Shown: positions 8,501 to 17,124 of the stretch, piece after piece | Layout: the number at the start of each line of letters is the position of its first letter | Numbering within the stretch: the first letter of the stretch is position 1 | IMG/VR virus record: IMGVR_UViG_3300002461_000403 | Coordinates: 1 to 51,585 of that record | Direction: 5' to 3' (one strand) | DNA: 51,585 nucleotides | Source of the DNA: a virus | Taxonomy: Duplodnaviria; Caudoviricetes | The notes under the pieces: generated by a model | Database searches by the model: none | What the model was told of the DNA's origin: nothing | What the model saw: the letters and a program-made list of their open reading frames with translations, nothing else | Translations under genes and position numbers: made by a program

Positions 8501-8585
8501 CCCCCGGCCGCCGTAGCGGCCGTCTTCTGAGACGTTCCGAATAAGATACCGCTTCATCGTGCAGCCCACGATGGAGAAACGAAAC

Positions 8586-8849
8586 ATGCAGAAGGTGATC
8601 GAAGGCAAGTTCGCGGTGAAGGCCATGAAGCCTGCCAAGAAGACCTACCGACTAGGTTCTAGCCCGATGATCTTTGCCCCTGGCGTGGTTGCCTGGGCAA
8701 AGAATGGGTACGGCTTCAAGCGTGATCGCAAGAACATGCTGGAAGTTGTGACCACTGGCTGGAGCATCCCAGAGGACGCCGCCAAGGCGCTTCTTTCGGG
8801 AGCCGCGCCCTTCAAGATCGAGGGTGAGGTTGTCGTGTTCGAGGCATGA
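8586..8849 (+). CDS. Hypothetical protein
   Basis: MQKVIEGKFAVK..., GGAGA RBS. Confidence 0.7.
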   Translation: MQKVIEGKFAVKAMKPAKKTYRLGSSPMIFAPGVVAWAKNGYGFKRDRKNMLEVVTTGWSIPEDAAKALLSGAAPFKIEGEVVVFEA

Positions 8850-8916
8850 GACGGGACAGCCGGGCAACCGGCTGCACCATGAAGCGGTATCTCTCGCTGA
8901 TATGACGCAGCGGTGT

Positions 8917-8977
8917 GGGTTTATCGAGTTTATCGAGTTTATCGAGTTTATCGAGTTTATAAAGTTTCGATAAACCC
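8917..8977. repeat. 9-bp tandem repeat (GTTTATCGA)x4 plus a degenerate copy and an inverted copy
   Basis: Units at 8919, 8928, 8937 and 8946. TCGATAAACCC (8967-8977) is the reverse complement of GGGTTTATCGA (8917-8927). Confidence 0.9.
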
Positions 8978-9089
8978 CATCCCCTGCGCCAAATACGCAG
9001 GCATAAAAAGTAGAGGCCGAACACGGGAGCAACCGTGCCGGCCTCGGTTTGTGAGTCCATCCCATCGTCTAAATGAAAGGAACCACGAA

Positions 9090-10166
9090 ATGTCTACTAA
9101 CATGCAATGGCGTGTCCCGCCAGTAGCGTGGGGGGTGATCTCCCTGGCAATCATTGCCGAGGCAGTATCAAACTCCCTACGAGCCTACGGGCTGGGGACG
9201 CATCTTGAAAAGTTCACGGTTCACTATCAGGGCTATGACGTGTCCATCGCGGGCGCGGTTCTGGTCCTGGCAGCTTGCGCCGTGACCTTGACCCAGGCCC
9301 GCGCGGCTTGGGTAGCCCTGACCCCTATGGCCCCCATGCGCCAGCGCATCGTCGCTGGTGTGGCGGCGGTCCTACTTCTCTCAATCTCGATCCTGGCCAT
9401 GTCCTCCCACTTGCTGGAAGCGCAGCGTGCCAAGGTTGCAGATGAGGGCGGGCAACGGACGGGCTACGACGTGACCCTGGCCGCCTACGAGAAGGCCAAG
9501 GTTGAACTCGACACCCTCGCCGGGGTCCGCACCATCGAGGCCGTCAAGGCCGCGCTGGACGCCGCCCCGGTCACGCGCACGGTGTTTCGCCGGACGGCGG
9601 AATGCACGGACGTAACCCGCGATGACAGCTTCAAGGATTGCCGCCCGGTCCTCGATCTTCGCCAGGAGATGGCGAAGGCGATCCGCAAGCGAGAGTTGGA
9701 GCCGGAAGTCGCCCGCCTTGGAACGGAACTGGCCGGGATGACCCGACCGGAGAAGGTGGCCGAGACGGAGGAAGCGGTGGCAGGGCTCTGGGCCTGGATC
9801 ATGGGCCTCGGTACGGTCTTCATTGCCACCTTTGGCTCTGCCCTTTTTGCGAGGGTTGAGACGGTGACACCTGTTCCAGCGAAGGCTGACACCCCTCAAC
9901 AGGTGTCGGACGACACTGGTCAGTCAGACTTTTCGGCGGTTAAGGAAGCGGTCCTTGGGCCGCAACCGGTGCCGCCTGGGTCTGGAAAGAAGCGCCGCAA
10001 GCGTAAGGACAAGAACGAGCGCGCCACGGAAGCCATCCGAGCCTACACGCTCAAGAATGGACATCCCCCGGCGTTCTCAGTTGTGATGGGCAAGTATCGC
10101 CTGCCACGCGCGACGGCCAGCCGACTGCGCAAGGAAGTCATGGCTGAACTTGGCGTTGCCGCCTAA
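9090..10166 (+). CDS. Multi-pass membrane protein with coiled-coil and basic C-terminal HTH-like tail
   Basis: AAGGA RBS before ATG 9090; three N-terminal hydrophobic segments, a soluble domain with two Cys, a fourth TM, and a KKRRKRK-rich tail. Confidence 0.75.
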   Translation: MSTNMQWRVPPVAWGVISLAIIAEAVSNSLRAYGLGTHLEKFTVHYQGYDVSIAGAVLVLAACAVTLTQARAAWVALTPMAPMRQRIVAGVAAVLLLSISILAMSSHLLEAQRAKVADEGGQRTGYDVTLAAYEKAKVELDTLAGVRTIEAVKAALDAAPVTRTVFRRTAECTDVTRDDSFKDCRPVLDLRQEMAKAIRKRELEPEVARLGTELAGMTRPEKVAETEEAVAGLWAWIMGLGTVFIATFGSALFARVETVTPVPAKADTPQQVSDDTGQSDFSAVKEAVLGPQPVPPGSGKKRRKRKDKNERATEAIRAYTLKNGHPPAFSVVMGKYRLPRATASRLRKEVMAELGVAA

Positions 10167-10170
10167 GACC

Positions 10171-10821
10171 TCACACCCCCGTCTGGGAGACCGGCCGGGG
10201 GTGTTTTTGTATCTGGAGCGGCGTCGTTAGTGCCTTTTCCACCGACCAACCGCGCTTCAGCCGGGACATAATTGACCGGCGCTCAATCCCTATTTCAATA
10301 GCCCAAGCCGCCAAGCATTGCCGTTTGCCCCCGCATTCAAGGATGCGGTTGTTGGTGCGGTTGCGAGCTTGTTGACTGATATTAGCCCACCGGCAATTTT
10401 CCGGCGAATAATCACCACCGTTGTTGATCCTATCCAAACTAAGTCCTGGCGGGCAGTCTCCCATGTCCGCCCTAAACTGTTCGTAAGAACTTCTCCACCG
10501 CTCACACACTCGTATCCCGCGCCCTCCGTAGTTTACGTAACTCTTGTTGCTAGGATTTTCGCACCGCTGGATCATCATACTCCACACAGCGTAGGGATTT
10601 GTCCGCGACATGCCGTGACTGATCGGTTGATTGATGATCTCGCGGTGCAAACAGCCACATGACTGCGAATTACCCTTACTCAGATTGGTGGCCAGAACAT
10701 TTTTTGATGTGCCGCAATCGCAGTAGCAGAGGTATTTAATTCCATGGCCCGGCGCAAACACCTTTCGAACAGCCACCAGCCGTCCGAAACGCTGCCCCAT
10801 TAGAGATTTGTGTTTAGTCAT
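10171..10821 (-). CDS. HNH homing endonuclease (same family as 2761-3465)
   Basis: YLCYCDCG, SCGC, YGGRGIRVCERW, SLDRINNGGDYSPENCRWA. Confidence 0.85.
   Translation of the reverse strand: MTKHKSLMGQRFGRLVAVRKVFAPGHGIKYLCYCDCGTSKNVLATNLSKGNSQSCGCLHREIINQPISHGMSRTNPYAVWSMMIQRCENPSNKSYVNYGGRGIRVCERWRSSYEQFRADMGDCPPGLSLDRINNGGDYSPENCRWANISQQARNRTNNRILECGGKRQCLAAWAIEIGIERRSIMSRLKRGWSVEKALTTPLQIQKHPRPVSQTGV
10173..10209 (+). terminator. Intrinsic terminator of the + strand cassette
   Basis: ACACCCCCG...CGGGGGTGT followed by TTTT. Confidence 0.6.
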
Positions 10822-10869
10822 TGTTCAGTCAACAACCTGTTTCACGTGAACCAATGCCCTTAAATGACG

Positions 10870-10974
10870 ACGCCCTCCGGCAATAAAACCGGAGGGCGTA
10901 TGCGCTCACGTTCGGTGCGGATCGGACGGTGCTGCAAGGTTGAAAGGCTAAGTGATTTGCGCGACGCGGGTCAA
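10870..10974 (-). promoter_or_regulatory. Putative late-type promoter 3 and downstream 11-bp hairpin
   Basis: TTGACC-N18-TAGCCT with GCAAATCA in the spacer (10945-10974); perfect stem 10870-10880/10889-10899. Confidence 0.5.
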
Positions 10975-12038
10975 GCGAACCGATTGGCGATCCCCAGCGC
11001 CTCAGTCTCGAACAGTTCGAGCGCCGTCTTCTGCGCCAACATGCAATCGCCAGAGACAAGTGCGCCCTGCGGGAGAAAGCACCAGCCGCACGCCCGGTTG
11101 CCGCTGGCGTCCAACTCCGTAATGTTCATCTGCCGACCGTGCCGGATGCGGTACGTCTTGCCAGTCTCTCCACCCTTCACGTCAAAGTGCTTGTTCTTTT
11201 CGTAGCTGGTCAACTGTTCCGGGGTGAGGTTTTCTTTCAGGAGTTCAATGCCACGGGCTTGGGCTTCTTTCGTGCCGACCTCGGGGTTGAGGTTCGCGAT
11301 TTCGTCAAGGATCATCCGGGCCGGAGACCGCCCGTACGCGAAGGCGTCACGCCACGCATCTTGCCACGGATTGCGCGCCCGGAAATCCCCCAGCCTTTGC
11401 AGGGCTTCCAGGGCGATCTCGTAGCCTGTTCGCTCACCGGATGGGGCCGGTTCGACATTAGACGACATCGTGCCAAACATGGCCTGCATCAAGTGTTCGT
11501 CTACCCGGCGAGACATGCTGCGCACGTGCCGGTCAACGATCTCTTGACGGTGCCGGACTTGAGTGGCGGTCTCCGGTCCTAAATCCTCGTCCCGCATGAT
11601 GAACGGGGATGGAACGGCGTGAGCGTTTAGGGCGTGGTCTCTGACCTCTAGCCAAGCCCGCTGCCTAATCTGGTAGGTTTCAAAGTCGGGGGCTGTGTTT
11701 ATCGCGCTCCGCGCCGCCCGCTCCATCCGTTGCATGTAGTGGTCTTCGTAAACCCGCGACCACAAATCGCTGATCGCGAATCTTTGTCGACCGCTGGGCG
11801 GCCCCACGCCATAGGTCCGAAACAGGCTTTCGCGGTGAATGCTAGTGCCGTAGTCCCTGACGCCTCCGTCCGGCATTCGGAACGGGACAACCATCCGATA
11901 CTCATCGCGCATCAAATCGTATTCTGCGATCGCTTCCCCGGTCGGATGGGGCGGGTCATTGTCGCCCGCCTCATCCAGTACCCGGTGAAACATATCCCGC
12001 AGATAATGCGCGATCAGGTTGTCGGGGGCGTGCAGCAA
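10971..12038 (-). CDS. Hypothetical protein with a compact C-terminal Cys-containing domain
   Basis: 355 aa; C-terminus LTPEQ...FDVKGGETGKTYRI...GWCFLPQG...GDCMLAQKTALE...AN; start abuts the stop of the GG-ending gene. Confidence 0.65.
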   Translation of the reverse strand: MLHAPDNLIAHYLRDMFHRVLDEAGDNDPPHPTGEAIAEYDLMRDEYRMVVPFRMPDGGVRDYGTSIHRESLFRTYGVGPPSGRQRFAISDLWSRVYEDHYMQRMERAARSAINTAPDFETYQIRQRAWLEVRDHALNAHAVPSPFIMRDEDLGPETATQVRHRQEIVDRHVRSMSRRVDEHLMQAMFGTMSSNVEPAPSGERTGYEIALEALQRLGDFRARNPWQDAWRDAFAYGRSPARMILDEIANLNPEVGTKEAQARGIELLKENLTPEQLTSYEKNKHFDVKGGETGKTYRIRHGRQMNITELDASGNRACGWCFLPQGALVSGDCMLAQKTALELFETEALGIANRFA

Positions 12039-12260
12039 TCACCCACCCATAAGAGCCGGGATAAACAGCACCGTTTCGACGTTCGGATCGAAACCCTTCA
12101 TCAGAGCCCCAGGATTGCCGCCCTGGCCGGGTTTGGCTGCCCGGTATCCTTTGGCCGTCAGTTCTTCGAACCGCTTCATGGCGTCGTCCATGGACACCAC
12201 GTCGGCCTTGTCGAACACCTGTTCTGAGTGTCCGGTCTGATCCATGATCTGAAACTTCAT
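12039..12260 (-). CDS. Small protein ending in Gly-Gly (ubiquitin/ThiS-like candidate)
   Basis: 73 aa, AGGAGG RBS, ends VETVLFIPALMGG. Confidence 0.7.
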   Translation of the reverse strand: MKFQIMDQTGHSEQVFDKADVVSMDDAMKRFEELTAKGYRAAKPGQGGNPGALMKGFDPNVETVLFIPALMGG

Positions 12261-12273
12261 TGCTCGCCTCCTG

Positions 12274-12486
12274 TCAGAACAAATCGCCTTGGTTCTTTTT
12301 ATCAGCTTCGGCCCGTAGCTTCTCGTACTTTTTGCGCTCGGATGCCGCCCTCGCCTCTTTGTCCATATCGGATTTCAGCCGGGGCTCGTCGCGCACATAG
12401 TCCCACACCCACTCTACCGTCTTTCCATCGGCACCCTTAAACTTCATGCCGCCGTAGAGCTTACAAATCCGCCGCAGCCCGGCCAT
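12274..12486 (-). CDS. Hypothetical protein
   Basis: MAGLRRICKLYGGM..., GGAGGG RBS. Confidence 0.65.
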   Translation of the reverse strand: MAGLRRICKLYGGMKFKGADGKTVEWVWDYVRDEPRLKSDMDKEARAASERKKYEKLRAEADKKNQGDLF

Positions 12487-12946
12487 GGTGCCCCTCCAAT
12501 GCCGCCATAAGAATGCTGATCGAGCGCCGGTAGCGGTCCACAATGCCCCTCTCCCCCTCCGGTAGCTTTGCGATCCTATCCGGGTGGGAGTTGTGGATGT
12601 TGTCTGCCAGCTTGATCCGTATGAGATCGTGATCCCCAGAGGCCGCGATCGAGCGTATCCAGTCCATGTAGGTAGGGCGCGGGCCGGTCGGCCGGGACAG
12701 CCCGACAACCAAATCGACCGTCCTTTCGCTGTACCCCGCGACGATCAAATCTACTGCCGTGACATCTGTATCCTCGATCACGTCATGCAAGAGGGCGGCG
12801 TGTAGCTCGTCCTCTGTGGCGTCCGGGTGCATCCCTTGAAGGATCTCCATGACCGCTACAGGGTGATGCCAGTATGGGGCACCGCTCTTGTCCGTCTGTC
12901 CGGCGTGAGCTTTTTGGATGAATGCCTTGGTGTCGTCGATCGTCAA
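12461..12946 (-). CDS. HD-domain small alarmone hydrolase (SAH/Mesh1-like)
   Basis: AHAGQTDKSGAPYWHHP, AALLHDVIEDT, IKLADNIHN are the RelA/SpoT hydrolase motifs. Confidence 0.85.
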   Translation of the reverse strand: MTIDDTKAFIQKAHAGQTDKSGAPYWHHPVAVMEILQGMHPDATEDELHAALLHDVIEDTDVTAVDLIVAGYSERTVDLVVGLSRPTGPRPTYMDWIRSIAASGDHDLIRIKLADNIHNSHPDRIAKLPEGERGIVDRYRRSISILMAALEGHHGRAAADL

Positions 12947-13146
12947 TCGATGTTTCCTTTTGCCTTTTCATTATTGGTCTCAAGCCATGCGTTGCACAAG
13001 TCGAGAAACGTAAATGGCGACAGCTTGTCCCGTAGAAGGTGCCACCTGTCTGCCGCTTGCTTGTAGCCATCATCCACCACCCGCACCTGAGAGATATAAT
13101 CCTCGGCTGCGGCCTTGAGGGTGAGGACGTATTCGCGCTCTGTCAT
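12943..13146 (-). CDS. Hypothetical protein
   Basis: [11 protein letters not shown]..., ATGA overlap. Confidence 0.55.
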   Translation of the reverse strand: MTEREYVLTLKAAAEDYISQVRVVDDGYKQAADRWHLLRDKLSPFTFLDLCNAWLETNNEKAKGNID

Positions 13147-13376
13147 TCTGCGGCTTCTTTCTTGGCGTATCGCGCCGCTAACACCTTCATGCACTCAGCA
13201 AGAACGATGAAGCAGGACGCCGCGCCAAGCCCTATGATCGTGTGGATAAGCTGCTCAGAGAAGCGATACCCGAGCGGAACCCCGAGCGCGGCTACGGCCA
13301 TGTGCAACCACCCCACTATCAAGCAAAGCCATGCACCGAGCCCGAGCAACTTACCAAGAAATCGATCCGAGATCAT
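13143..13376 (-). CDS. Small two-TM membrane protein
   Basis: Two hydrophobic segments; coupled start and stop. Confidence 0.6.
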   Translation of the reverse strand: MISDRFLGKLLGLGAWLCLIVGWLHMAVAALGVPLGYRFSEQLIHTIIGLGAASCFIVLAECMKVLAARYAKKEAAE

Positions 13377-13672
13377 TCCGCTGCCTCCCTCACTGCCGAT
13401 CTAATAGCCGCCTCTCCAAGCGGGGTGTCGGCTAACATGCCGAGCGCGTGCATGTAGACATCCAAGATCGATTGTTCCTCTTCCCGCTCTGCCGATGACT
13501 TCCGACGCATCATCACGATCTTGCGGATCGCCTTCACGTCGAATCCTATGCCCTTGGCTTCTAGGTACTTGTCGCGGATGTCAGCGGCGAGCGCCTTCTT
13601 TTCCTCTTCGAGCCGTTCGATCTGCTCGATAAACTGCCGGAGTTGGGCTTGGGTTGATGCTTGTAGGGTCAT
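13373..13672 (-). CDS. gapR: GapR-like nucleoid protein (DUF2312)
   Basis: [44 protein letters not shown]...YMHALGM. Confidence 0.9.
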   Translation of the reverse strand: MTLQASTQAQLRQFIEQIERLEEEKKALAADIRDKYLEAKGIGFDVKAIRKIVMMRRKSSAEREEEQSILDVYMHALGMLADTPLGEAAIRSAVREAAE

Positions 13673-13682
13673 GGTTGCGGTC

Positions 13683-13895
13683 CTATGTGATGAGGTTCAA
13701 TCTCAGGCTCCAATATGCAGGCCACCATCGGCCCCGCCACACACTGAACCCGATATTGTCGGCGTAGATCAGTTCCGCCTCTCCGGGCGGATCATTCAAG
13801 TTCTCGCGCTTGTTCCAGTGAAGGGCCAATGTGTATCCATCGCGGAGCATGTCATAGCCGCACCAGATTAGCCCGTTGCGCCACTCCCACCTCAC
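13683..13895 (-). CDS. Hypothetical Trp-rich protein
   Basis: 70 aa, GTGA overlap. Confidence 0.45.
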   Translation of the reverse strand: MRWEWRNGLIWCGYDMLRDGYTLALHWNKRENLNDPPGEAELIYADNIGFSVWRGRWWPAYWSLRLNLIT

Positions 13896-14032
13896 GGTCT
13901 CTGCGCCTTTATCGATGCTGCCTTAGCCCTAGATGCGTACCTTTTCTTGCCCTTTGACTTCGCTATAGCGACGTTCTTAGGGAGACGGACTTTCTTTCTG
14001 GACCACTGCTTTTCGCTGATGTGGATTTTCAT
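13892..14032 (-). CDS. 46-aa basic protein (missed by the ORF track)
   Basis: MKIHISEKQWSRKKVRLPKNVAIAKSKGKKR...; fills the gap with 4-bp overlaps. Confidence 0.5.
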   Translation of the reverse strand: MKIHISEKQWSRKKVRLPKNVAIAKSKGKKRYASRAKAASIKAQRP

Positions 14033-14652
14033 TCTGCCGCCTCGCGTGGCTCATCCGAGAACGGCTGCATCGGCGCATTCGGCTTAGGCCGCCGCATCAC
14101 ATTAAGACCGCCGCTTGTGTAATCCCAATCGTAGGTCCATTCGCCGTGCGCCTTGAGCGTGTCGCCCTCATTCATCATCCGGTGGTCCGTGTATCCAGCA
14201 AACCCGCCATGGCGTTGCCATGTGTTCCGAAGGATGTCAGCCAGCGGGCCGGTGATGCCAAACCGCTCGAAATTAATCTCCAGGCTTTTGCCCATGTCGC
14301 CGCCCTTGTTGCGAAGACACGCAGCCGCCCAGTCGCAATACATCTCGACCAGATCAAGCAAGTCCATGCCGGACACGCCGTTCGGATAGTGCTCGGGGTG
14401 ATGGGTGTTTTCGCGATAGTGGTGCTGTAGCGCCGGGCCTAGTGCCGCAAGAGAGGCTTTGTATTCCTCTGACCCATACACCAGCGTCTTGAGCTTCGGC
14501 GTCATCTCGTCAAAGATTGGCTTTTCATCGACACCTAGCTTGCTCATGTCGTGACGGATTCCCCGCTCGCGCAACTCGATACAGACAGTCCGCAGCCGCC
14601 TAGCGACTTGCGTAATGTGCTCTCGGGTCTCGGGTTCGCTATCGTAGCCCAT
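14029..14652 (-). CDS. DUF5662-like HD-fold protein
   Basis: HDMSKL, HHYRENTHHPEH, MDLLDLVEMYCDW. Confidence 0.75.
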   Translation of the reverse strand: MGYDSEPETREHITQVARRLRTVCIELRERGIRHDMSKLGVDEKPIFDEMTPKLKTLVYGSEEYKASLAALGPALQHHYRENTHHPEHYPNGVSGMDLLDLVEMYCDWAAACLRNKGGDMGKSLEINFERFGITGPLADILRNTWQRHGGFAGYTDHRMMNEGDTLKAHGEWTYDWDYTSGGLNVMRRPKPNAPMQPFSDEPREAAE

Positions 14653-14861
14653 CAGATCAACCCCTTCTCATGTGCCAGCCATTCCGGCATGGTGATTGTG
14701 CCATCGTCGTTGATTTCAATCTGCGACTTGGGAAGCCAGAACAGCTTTTGCTTTCCGTCCAAGTCCATATCTTCGGTGTCGTCTGCTATCCCCACAGCCT
14801 TGTCCGTCTGGCGGACAATCTCGCAAGCGATGTCGACAAGATCAGATTTGTAGGTGGTCAC
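14652..14861 (-). CDS. Conserved phage hypothetical protein
   Basis: TDKAV...WLPKSQIE...ITMPEWLAHEKGLI. Confidence 0.7.
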   Translation of the reverse strand: MTTYKSDLVDIACEIVRQTDKAVGIADDTEDMDLDGKQKLFWLPKSQIEINDDGTITMPEWLAHEKGLI

Positions 14862-15316
14862 TCTGCCGCCTCCCTCAGTTCAACTTCATCAAGGGATAGG
14901 ACGGTGATTTCCCCACCCGTGTTGCGGTCGAGCTTGGCAGAGATCCGAACCGCTTCCTCTGGCGAAGCTCCCGCGTGCATGGCACCGAGGGCATATCCAG
15001 CACCCGACCCGACCGCGAACGGCAGACCGCACGGCGAGAAGTAGGGGGCTTTAGCGTAGCAGCCCCTTACTCCGTCTGGCGAGATCACCACCATTGACCA
15101 GTCGACCTCTGGGTAATCCTTGAGCGGGGGTGGCAAACCGGCCCCCTCCCGCACCCAATCGATCAGCGTGTCGATCAGACCTCCCGACCCGGCCACACCG
15201 TAGATCGTATCCCCGACCTTCTTGATCTTGAGATACGGAACCATGCCCCTCTCGTCTCCGTAGAGAACCAGGGTATCTGCCGCTACTGTTTTTCCATCTG
15301 TTGCGATAGTGGTCAC
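14858..15316 (-). CDS. HslV/proteasome-beta-like Ntn peptidase
   Basis: GTG start gives (M)TTIATDGKTVAAD with an N-terminal Thr; also AVGSGAGYALGAM and AKLDRNTGG. Confidence 0.8.
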   Translation of the reverse strand: MTTIATDGKTVAADTLVLYGDERGMVPYLKIKKVGDTIYGVAGSGGLIDTLIDWVREGAGLPPPLKDYPEVDWSMVVISPDGVRGCYAKAPYFSPCGLPFAVGSGAGYALGAMHAGASPEEAVRISAKLDRNTGGEITVLSLDEVELREAAE

Positions 15317-15759
15317 GTCAATGCCTCCGTAAGATACGCGAGCACGGGGTTGTCCTTTTTGATTTCTGCGATCCTGCGATCCATCCACCGCAGTTCACTC
15401 TCCATGGCCCGCCGACGCTCGGCCTCGGCTGCCATGCGCGCCTTGCTGACAGGGGATACAGAGCGAAGCCCGTCGATCCGTTGCGCCTCGACATAGCGGA
15501 TGGAATCGCCAAGTTCCCCAAAGCCTGCCTTGACCTCTGCGCGGTTCTTGATGAGACGCTTGATCTCTTCTTCGGCCCAATTTCCACTGCCTTCGGGGGT
15601 AGGGTACCCTGCTGTCTGGTTCACCATGGTCCCCTCATACGCATACTTGCTAGACAGCGTGGAGCCGCCGATCTCCTGTGCAATCTTGGCCGCAACCGCT
15701 GGGGCCGCGACTACTGCCGCCGGTGCCGCTTGGATAAATCCTCGCCTCGATAGTTTCAT
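15313..15759 (-). CDS. Protein with a twin-arginine (Tat)-like signal
   Basis: MKLSRRGFIQAAPAAVVAAPAVA; AAGGAGG RBS. Confidence 0.65.
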   Translation of the reverse strand: MKLSRRGFIQAAPAAVVAAPAVAAKIAQEIGGSTLSSKYAYEGTMVNQTAGYPTPEGSGNWAEEEIKRLIKNRAEVKAGFGELGDSIRYVEAQRIDGLRSVSPVSKARMAAEAERRRAMESELRWMDRRIAEIKKDNPVLAYLTEALT

Positions 15760-15968
15760 GCCGCCCTCCTTACGATCTGCCAAACCTCTGCCCCAGTTTC
15801 ATAAGTAGCCACGCTCCACATGACCCCGTTCCGTTTTTCGATCCTAAGTTCTGGAACAGGTGTCTGAACAGGTAGAGGTGGTTCCATCTTTGATGCACGA
15901 CAGGTGTCACGATATACGATGACAATGAGACACCCGCCAAGGATGATGAGGATCATTAAGCCGGTCAT
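15756..15968 (-). CDS. Small membrane protein
   Basis: N-terminal TM segment; coupled. Confidence 0.55.
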   Translation of the reverse strand: MTGLMILIILGGCLIVIVYRDTCRASKMEPPLPVQTPVPELRIEKRNGVMWSVATYETGAEVWQIVRRAA

Positions 15969-16177
15969 GGCGCAGCAGCCCTCCGCGCTTTTGCCCGTTC
16001 ACGACGGGCTGCTAACTTCTCGTCGTACTGGTCCGCAGCACACGGGAGACAGAGCCGCTTCTTCTTGTCGACGCCACACCCGCACCGCTCGCATGTCCCG
16101 CGCACACGGTTACGTGGCTTCGTTGTGATGTCAGCGATTGAGCCGCTAGGCCGATGTGATCCGCGATCTCGCATCAC
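15965..16177 (-). CDS. Small Zn-ribbon protein
   Basis: CERCGC...CLPC. Confidence 0.55.
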   Translation of the reverse strand: MMRDRGSHRPSGSIADITTKPRNRVRGTCERCGCGVDKKKRLCLPCAADQYDEKLAARRERAKARRAAAP

Positions 16178-17124
16178 TCCCCCCTGATAATGCGGTACGG
16201 CGGCGGCTTCATCTCTCCGGCTTCTGCGTTCGATAGGATTGCGTACTTCCGGTAAAGAGACGCCATAAGCTCGCCGGTCATAAGCAAAGCGCCAATACTA
16301 ATCCCTTTGCTCGTGGCCTTATCGCGGATCGAGGGGAACAACATCCGGCCCGCGTCTCCCCACGACACGGTGCGGCCAGAAATCTCAGAGCGCACTTCGA
16401 TGAGGAGCCAATCAGCCACCCGCTGAAACTTCGCGGGCATCCGCTCGCGAACCCAAAGGTACCTTTCCAGTTGGTCGCGCTGATAGTCAGCAGCGGACCC
16501 GAGACCGCCGACGCGCCGACCGGGAACACCGCCCCCCGTTGAATCGTAGTCGATGGTCATCCGCACCCCATCGAGAACGGCTGCGTCCTTGATGAACATG
16601 GCAAACGCGATCTCGACATGATCGCCCCATTGCCCGGTGTATTGCTCTACTGGGGGCTTGGTCCGGTAGGCTCTGAGCGGTGCCGCGCCTTTCCCTTGCG
16701 GGACGGCTGCCGACGCCATGCCGTGCGCTTCTTTGGCCATGCGCTGCGGTGTGGGGCCGCCTTCGTCGTCGGGGAATGATGGTTTACTCCCGCGCGGGTT
16801 GCCAGCAGCGGCCAATCGAGCGCGGGACGCGGCGACACGTGTCGCAGAGTTGGCTACTTCCTCGAACCCCTTGGCGAGCCCATCGATCACCACCTCAGAC
16901 ACATGGCCATTTTCATCCACCCAATACTCGGCTGGATCAGGGAGCTTGGAGTCGTCGTCTTTCTGTGCGGCGGCTTGCTCAAGCCTCCATGCCCGGAAAT
17001 CTTTTGCGCTCTGCTTGATTTGTTCGGCAGATCGCGGCGGCGGCCGGACGTTGGTTAGATGCTCGCCTGCATTCTTCTTTGCCTGCAAGTGTCGACCGGC
17101 AGACGGTGGGGCTTTCAAGGTCAT
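16174..17124 (-). CDS. DUF6456-like putative late activator/antiterminator
   Basis: C-terminal TIDYD-STGGG...RDQLERYLWVRERM...VADWLLIE...SWGDAGR pattern; Q-like position after the replication genes. Family call made by eye. Confidence 0.5.
   Translation of the reverse strand: MTLKAPPSAGRHLQAKKNAGEHLTNVRPPPRSAEQIKQSAKDFRAWRLEQAAAQKDDDSKLPDPAEYWVDENGHVSEVVIDGLAKGFEEVANSATRVAASRARLAAAGNPRGSKPSFPDDEGGPTPQRMAKEAHGMASAAVPQGKGAAPLRAYRTKPPVEQYTGQWGDHVEIAFAMFIKDAAVLDGVRMTIDYDSTGGGVPGRRVGGLGSAADYQRDQLERYLWVRERMPAKFQRVADWLLIEVRSEISGRTVSWGDAGRMLFPSIRDKATSKGISIGALLMTGELMASLYRKYAILSNAEAGEMKPPPYRIIRGE

Noticed and set aside
8913-9089. RVYRVYRVY N-terminal extension of the membrane protein, and a possible CRISPR array
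   Set aside because: It is the translation of a 9-bp tandem repeat with no spacers; the RBS supports ATG 9090.
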